Shown here in pieces: positions 58,558-64,000 of a stretch of 64,000 nucleotides of DNA. How positions within the stretch are numbered: position 1 is the first letter of the stretch; each line of letters starts with the position of its first letter. A program made the translations under genes and the position numbers. A model generated the notes under the pieces. It had not been told where the DNA came from. It was given only the letters and a program-made list of their open reading frames with translations, and made no database searches. Source of the stretch: an uncultured Solirubrobacteraceae bacterium (GTDB lineage: Bacteria; Actinomycetota; Thermoleophilia; Solirubrobacterales; Solirubrobacteraceae); contig CAVUSM010000001.1 in NCBI GenBank assembly GCA_963744165.1, positions 2,274-66,273 of the forward strand. The letters are read 5' to 3'.

Positions 58558-59776
58558 CTAGCCGGACGCGCGACTGGAGCGGCGCGGCACGCGGCCGCCT
58601 TCGGCGCCGGCCTCAGACGCCGGCCCGCCGGTCGAAGCGATGCCGAGCACGCGCATCGACTTCAGCCCGAGGCTCAGCTTCTCGCGGCCGTCGCTCGAGC
58701 TGACGTCGTGCCCCGACAGCTCGCGCACGCGCTCGAGGCGGTAGTAGATCGTGTGGCGGTGCGTGAACAGCCGCTGCGCCGTCCCGGCGACGTTGCCGTC
58801 GGCCTCGAGGAACGCCTCGAGCGTGCGCACGAGCTCCGTCTCGTACTGCTCGTCATACGCGACCAGCGGCTCGACCGTCTCGTCGTAGAAGCGCTGCAGC
58901 TCGTTCGGGTTCTCGCTCATCGCGCTGAGCAGCAGCCGGTAGGCGCCCGTCTGCTCGAACGCGAGCGCAGTGCCGTTCGCCGCGCCCTGCGCGACGTTCG
59001 CCGCGAGCAGCGCCTCGCTCGCCGCGCGCGGCAAGTCGGCCGCGTCTTCGGTGATCCGGCTGCGCCCGAGCGCGAACGTATAGCCCGACAGGCCGGCCTG
59101 CATCTCACGCAGGATCCCGTCGGCCGCGCGCGCCGCGGTCGCCTCGTCGCCGCCCGGGACGAGCAGCAGCACCTCGGCGCCGACGATCCCGTCGCGCTCC
59201 GACAGCGCCGCGATCGAACGGCTCGTAGTGGCGCGCGCGCCGCGCTCGGCGACCGCGCGCACGCGCCCGCGCCAGCCCTCGTCGGTCGGCGACTGCGGAT
59301 GCGCGCGCGCGACGATCATGCTCGCGCCGTCCTGCAGCGTCTAGCGACAGCTCCTTCGCCCGCTCGAGCAGCTCCTCGCGTCCTGTCAGCTCGCGCGCGA
59401 GCACCGCGCGCAGGAACTCGCCGGCGGCCGACTCCGACGCGCGCTCCGGCGCGCGCACGCGCTCGACCTCCGAAGCGATCATCGTCGCCAACAGCCGGCG
59501 CATCGACGCGCTCGGCTCCGTTTTCGCGCGCATGTGCAGCGCGCCGACAGTTGCGTCGGCGACGCGCAACGGGATGCTCGCGACGCCGTCGCCCTGCGAG
59601 AGCAGCGCGCGCTCGTCGGCCGGCGAGCGCGCCGCGACCGCGAGCGTCGCGCCCCACGCATCGCTGACCGCGAGGCTCGCGTCGAGCGCTTTCGCCGCCG
59701 CGCGGACGACCTCCGGCAGGCCGGCGCCCGACTCGACGGCCTCGGTGATCGCGTCGAGCGCTGCGTAGTCGGGCAT
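58558..59776 (-). CDS. PucR/CdaR family regulator (frameshift near 59335)
   Basis: LVAYD....ELVRTLEAFL..GNV..TAQRLFTHRHTIYYRLERV. Confidence 0.85.
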
Positions 59777-59778
59777 CG

Positions 59779-59991
59779 CTAGCCCCAGAAGTAGACGACA
59801 GCGAGCGCCGCGCCCACGCCGACGCCGACGAGCGCAGCGAGCACGTACAGCGACAGCACCGTCGCCGCCAGTCGCTGCCAAAGGCGCGTGTACGCCGTCC
59901 ATGCGGGCGCCAGAATCAAGCCGGCGTACAGCGCGAAGCCGAACGTGCCGGCGCAGACCGCGACGAGCTCGTTGATCGTTGTCCTGCTCAT
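59779..59991 (-). CDS. Small two-TM membrane protein
   Basis: MSRTTINELVAV..; fused to ispE in the ORF track only through a frameshift. Confidence 0.65.
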   Translation of the reverse strand: MSRTTINELVAVCAGTFGFALYAGLILAPAWTAYTRLWQRLAATVLSLYVLAALVGVGVGAALAVVYFWG

Positions 59992-60028
59992 AGGCGCTTG
60001 CTGGCGCTGATTGTGACGCACCGTCCCG

Positions 60029-60960
60029 TCATCCGCCGATCTCCACCGGCCCGCTGCGAAGTCCGGCGCCGACCGCATCTCTCTGGCGGCGATCGGCGCC
60101 GGCGTGATGTTGGCCAGCGCCGCTTCGGCGCGCGCCCGGCGGCCGGCCGCGTTCGCGTGCCCGAACAGCGCCAGCACAGTCGGCCCCGAGCCGCTGACGA
60201 GCGCCTCCGCGCCGGCCTCCTCGACGCTCGCGAGCACGCGCGCGATCGATGCGCACAGCGACACCGCCGCCGCCTGCAGATCGTTGTGCAGCAGCTCGCG
60301 CGCCGCCGGCAGCGGCGCGCCGAGCTGCGCCGCGACGCGCAGCTGCTCGGCGAGCTGCGCGAGTTCGTGCTCGTCGCGCTCTGCGCCGTCGTCGTCGAGC
60401 GCCGCGTAGACGGCTGCCGTCGAGAGCTGCTCGCTCGACGCCAGCACGAGCAGCTCCAGCGCCGGCAGCGGGTCCGGCAGTGGCGCGAGCAGCTCGCCGG
60501 CGCCCGTCGCCAGCCAGCGCCCCGGCGCGACCTGCGCCGGCACGTCCGCGCCTAGACCCGCCGCGAGCTCACGCAGCAGCGACTCGTCGCCGAGACCCGA
60601 CGCCGCGCGCGCCAGGCGCAGCGTCGCCGCCGCGTCGGCCGAGCCGCCGCCCAGACCGGCGGCGACAGGGATCCGCTTGCCACGCTCAGGCGCTGCGGCG
60701 GCGCGTCCCAGCCGGTCGCCTCGCGGAACGCCGCCAGCGCGCGCGCCGCGAGGTTCTCCTCCGGCGCCCCCGGCAGGCTGCGGGCAGACGAGCACGTCGC
60801 GCCCACCGTCGCCGCCGACCGGTTCGAGCGTCAGCTCGTCGGCGAGCGAGATCGACTGCATCACGCTCGCCAGCTCGTGGCGCCCGTCGCGCTGACGGCG
60901 CGGACCGACGAACAGCCCGAGGTTGACCTTCGCCGGCGCGAGCGCGCGGTAGACGCTCAT
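60029..60960 (-). CDS. ispE: 4-diphosphocytidyl-2-C-methyl-D-erythritol kinase (frameshifted, end approximate)
   Basis: APAKVNLGL, ENLAARA, KRIPVAAGLGGGSADAAA, LGADVP, NDLQ, VSGSGPT. Confidence 0.92.
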
Positions 60961-61801
60961 CGCGCGAGCGCTTCCGCCAGCGCGCGGAACTGCGCCGGCG
61001 ACAAGCGCTCGGCGCGCACGTCCTCGCGCAGCCCCAGCTCGACGAGCGCCGCGCGGACCTGCTCGCGCGAGCGCCCGTTCGCGCCGGCGCCGCCGGCGAG
61101 CGCGAGCGAGCCGACGAGCGTCTTGCGCCGATGCGCGAACGCGCCGGCGACGAGCGCGCGCAGCGCCGGCGTGAGCGTCGGCGTCGGCGTGAGCGTCGGC
61201 GACTGCTCGCGCCGCCGTAGGCTGACGAGCACCGAGTCGACGTTCGGCGCCGGGTGGAAGACGTGCGCGGGATCGCGCGCACGACGCTCACGTCGCACAC
61301 GAGCTGCGCGATCACCGACGGCGCTCCGTACTCGCCGCCGCCGGGGCTCGCCGCGAGCCGCTCGCCGACCTCGCGCTGGACCATCGCGACGCACAGCTGC
61401 ACGCCGTCGAGCTCCTCGAGCGTGCGCAAGATCGCGCCGGCGGCGATGCCATACGGCAGGTTCGCGACGAGCTTGTTCGGCGCCGGCGAGAGCGCGCGCA
61501 GGTCGATCCGCATCGCGTCGGCCCAGTGGACGCTGACGTTCGCGAGCGCGCCGACGGCGTCGTCGAGCGCGTCGCGCAGGCGCTCGTCGAGCTCGACGAC
61601 GTGCACGTAGCGCACGCGCGCCGCGAGGTGCTCGGAGAGCACGCCGAGGCCACCGCCGATCTCGAGCACGACGTCCTGCGGCGCGAGCTCGGCGGCGCGC
61701 TCGATCACGCCGAGGATGTTCGAGTCGATCAGGAAGTTCTGGCCGAGCTCGCGGTTCGGGCGCACGCCGAAGCGGCGCATCCGCCGCAGGCTCGGCTGCA
61801 C
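60957..61801 (-). CDS. rsmA: 16S rRNA dimethyladenosine transferase (frameshift near 61270)
   Basis: LGQNFLID, VLEIG, VANLPY, MVQREV, FHPAPNVDS, FAHRRKTL, RAERL. Confidence 0.93.
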
Positions 61802-61835
61802 TGAGTTCGTGCGGGCACGATCGAGCTCGCCGCGC

Positions 61836-62588
61836 TCACCAGCCGAACACGCGCGCGGCGTTGCGCTCGACCGCGGCGCCGAGCTCCGCCGGCGTGGCGC
61901 CGCGCAGCTCGGCGACGAACGCGAGCGTGTGCGCGACGAACGCCGGCTGGTTGCGCTGCTTGCGCACTGCCTGCGGCGTCAGGTACGGAGCGTCGGTCTC
62001 GAGCAGCAGCCGCTCCTCGGGCGCCGCAGCCGCGGCCTCGGCGAGGTCGGCTCGCGCTCTTGTACGTGACGTTGCCGGCGAACGAGATCGCGTAGCCGCG
62101 CTGCACGCACTCGTGCCAGCCGCTCGGGCATCGAGAAGCAGTGCATCACGACGCTGACGCCGTCGGCTTCGTCGGCGAGCTGCGCGAGCGTCTCCGCGTC
62201 GGCCGCGCGCGAGTGGATCACGAGCGGCTTGGCTGTCTCGCGCGCCAGCTCGATCTGCGCGGCGAACGCGCGCTGCTGGTCCTCGCGCGGCGCGCCGTCG
62301 CGGTAGAAGTCGAGGCCGCGTCTCGCCGATCGCGACGCAGCGCTCGTGCGCGGCGAGCGCCTGCAGTTCGGCGAGATCGGCGTCGTCGAAGCCCTTCGCC
62401 GCGTTCGGATGGCGCCCGATCGCGGCGAACACCTGCGGGAACGCCTCCGCCGCGGCCAGCGCCGCGCGGCAGGACGCGCCGTCGATGCCGACCGTCAGCA
62501 TCCGCGTGACGCCGACCGCGCTCGCCGCCTCGACGAGCTCGGCGTCAGGCGGCTCGCAGAGGTCGAGATGCGTGTGCGAGTCGATCAC
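61836..62588 (-). CDS. tatD: TatD family hydrolase (frameshifted)
   Basis: [35 protein letters not shown]. Confidence 0.92.
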   Translation of the reverse strand: MIDSHTHLDLCEPPDAELVEAASAVGVTRMLTVGIDGASCRAALAAAEAFPQVFAAIGRHPNAAKGFDDADLAELQALAAHERCVAIGETRPRLLPRRRAARGPAARVRRADRAGARDSQAARDPLARGRRGDARAARRRSRRRQRRDALLLDARAAGTSACSAATRSRSPATSRTRARADLAEAAAAAPEERLLLETDAPYLTPQAVRKQRNQPAFVAHTLAFVAELRGATPAELGAAVERNAARVFGW

Positions 62589-64000
62589 GCGCTCGCGCCG
62601 CCGCCGGTCGCGTTGTCATCGATCGCAGCGGCGTCGATCGCGTCGCCGTCGATCGCCTTCGGCGCAGCCTCGCCGCGATCCTTCGGGAACAGCGGCTCGA
62701 GCGTGTTGACGTGCTCGATCCCGCCGCTGCCGATCGCCGCGCCGGCGAGCGACAGGCCCGGCGAGCCGAGCGCCGCGAGCAGCTTCTCGCTACTCGACGG
62801 CAGGTACGGCCAGAGCAGCACGGCGACCGTGCGAATGCCTTCGGCAAGCGTGCGAAGCACGGTGTCGAGCTCGCTCGGCACGCGCGTCGTCCTTGGCGAG
62901 CTTCCACGGCGCCTGCTCCTCGACGTAGCGGTTCAGCCGCCGCACGCGCTGCCAGATCTGCTCGAGCGCAAGCGTCAGCTCGGCGCGGTCGAGGCACTCC
63001 GAGACGCGCTCGGAGAGGCCGAGGAAGTCCTCGCGCAGCAGCGGATCGACCTCGCCGGGCGCGATCGTGCCGTCGCGGTAGCGCGAGATCATCGCGATCG
63101 TGCGGCTCGCGAGGTTGCCGAGATCGTTCGCCAGCTCGGTCTCGTAGCGCTGCTCGAACGACGCCGTCGAGACCGACCCGTCCTGCCCGAGCGGCACGTC
63201 GCGCAGCAGATAGAAGCGCAGCGCGTCGGCGCCGAAGCGCTCGATCACCGCGAACGGGTCGAGCACGTTGCCGAGCGACTTGCTCATCTTCTCGCCGTCC
63301 ATCAGCAGGAAGCCGTGCACGAAGATGTGCTCGGGCAGCTCGAGCTCGGCCGCCATCAGCAGCGCCGGCCAGTAGACCGCGTGGAAGCGCAGGATGTCCT
63401 TGCCGATCAGGTGGTAGGTGGGCGGCCAGAACGTCTTGATCAGATTGCTCGACTGCTCCGCGTCGAGCGTCGGCGGGGCCGGGGCGTAGCCGAGCGCCGT
63501 GTAGTAATTCAGCAGCGCGTCGAACCAGACGTAGAAGACGTGCTCTTCGTCCCACGGCACGGTCACGCCCCACGTCAGCTTGTGCCGCGTCAGCGGCACG
63601 TCGCGCAGGCCCGAGCGGATGAACGAGAGCGCCTCGTTGTAGCGCGTGCGCGGCGCGACGAAGTCCGCGCTGCTCGGCGTACAGCGCCTCGAGTCGCTCT
63701 TGGAAGGCGGACAACTTGAAGAAGTAGCTGTCCTCCTGCTCGCGCGTCAGCTCGATGTGGTGGATCGGGCAGAGCTTGCCCTCGTCGATTTCGTTCTCCG
63801 CCTTGAAGTCGGCGCAGCGCGGGCAGTACCAGCCTTCGTACGTGCCCTTCGTAGACGAAGCCGTTCTCGCGCACGCGCTCGAGCACCTCTTGCACCTTCG
63901 CGGTGTGCTCGGCGTCGGTCGTGCGGATGAAGAAGTCGTTGCTCGCCTCGATCTGCGGCGCGAGCGCCTTGAAGCGCTCGGCGTTGCGATCGGCGAGCTC
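62585..64000 (-). CDS. metG: Methionyl-tRNA synthetase (5' end outside window; frameshifted)
   Basis: [41 protein letters not shown]. Confidence 0.95.

Noticed and set aside
59779-60960. IspE fused to a membrane domain
   Set aside because: Frameshift artefact; the small membrane ORF has its own ATG at 59991.
57851-64000. Apparent pseudogenisation or programmed frameshifting of metG, tatD, rsmA, ispE and pucR
   Set aside because: Housekeeping genes with scattered single-base indels in GC runs point to sequencing error; the same caution applies to 1-18 kb.

Overview
High-GC actinobacterial DNA; gene content and style suggest Thermoleophilia/Solirubrobacterales (inference). Frameshifts are frequent in ~1-18 kb and ~58-64 kb, including in metG, ispE and rsmA, so most are probably read errors. 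The left 36 kb is a tandem pile-up of mobile elements at the 3' end of tRNA-fMet (36376-36449, minus). It contains: (i) the right end of a conjugative element (VirB4/VirB6-like, CHAP hydrolase, VirD4-like, Replic_Relax relaxase, two DNA methyltransferases, large serine recombinase); (ii) an ~11.5 kb tyrosine-integrase-type island with a type II Wadjet (jetABCD); (iii) cargo including MTHFR, three toxin-antitoxin-like pairs, an intact tyrosine integrase, IS1380 and an IS30 nested in an IS3. The right 28 kb is core chromosome (ppx, TPP enzyme, tRNA-Leu(TAA), ECF sigma, csrA, eno, prsA, mfd, pth, rplY, prs, glmU, tRNA-Gln, ispE, rsmA, tatD, metG). Most interesting: the serine recombinase reading frame runs through its att site and ends in antisense tRNA sequence, while two orphan, mutually conserved ~30-codon tails begin at att-like motifs (22866, 24285). 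This suggests recombination swaps the recombinase C-terminus.
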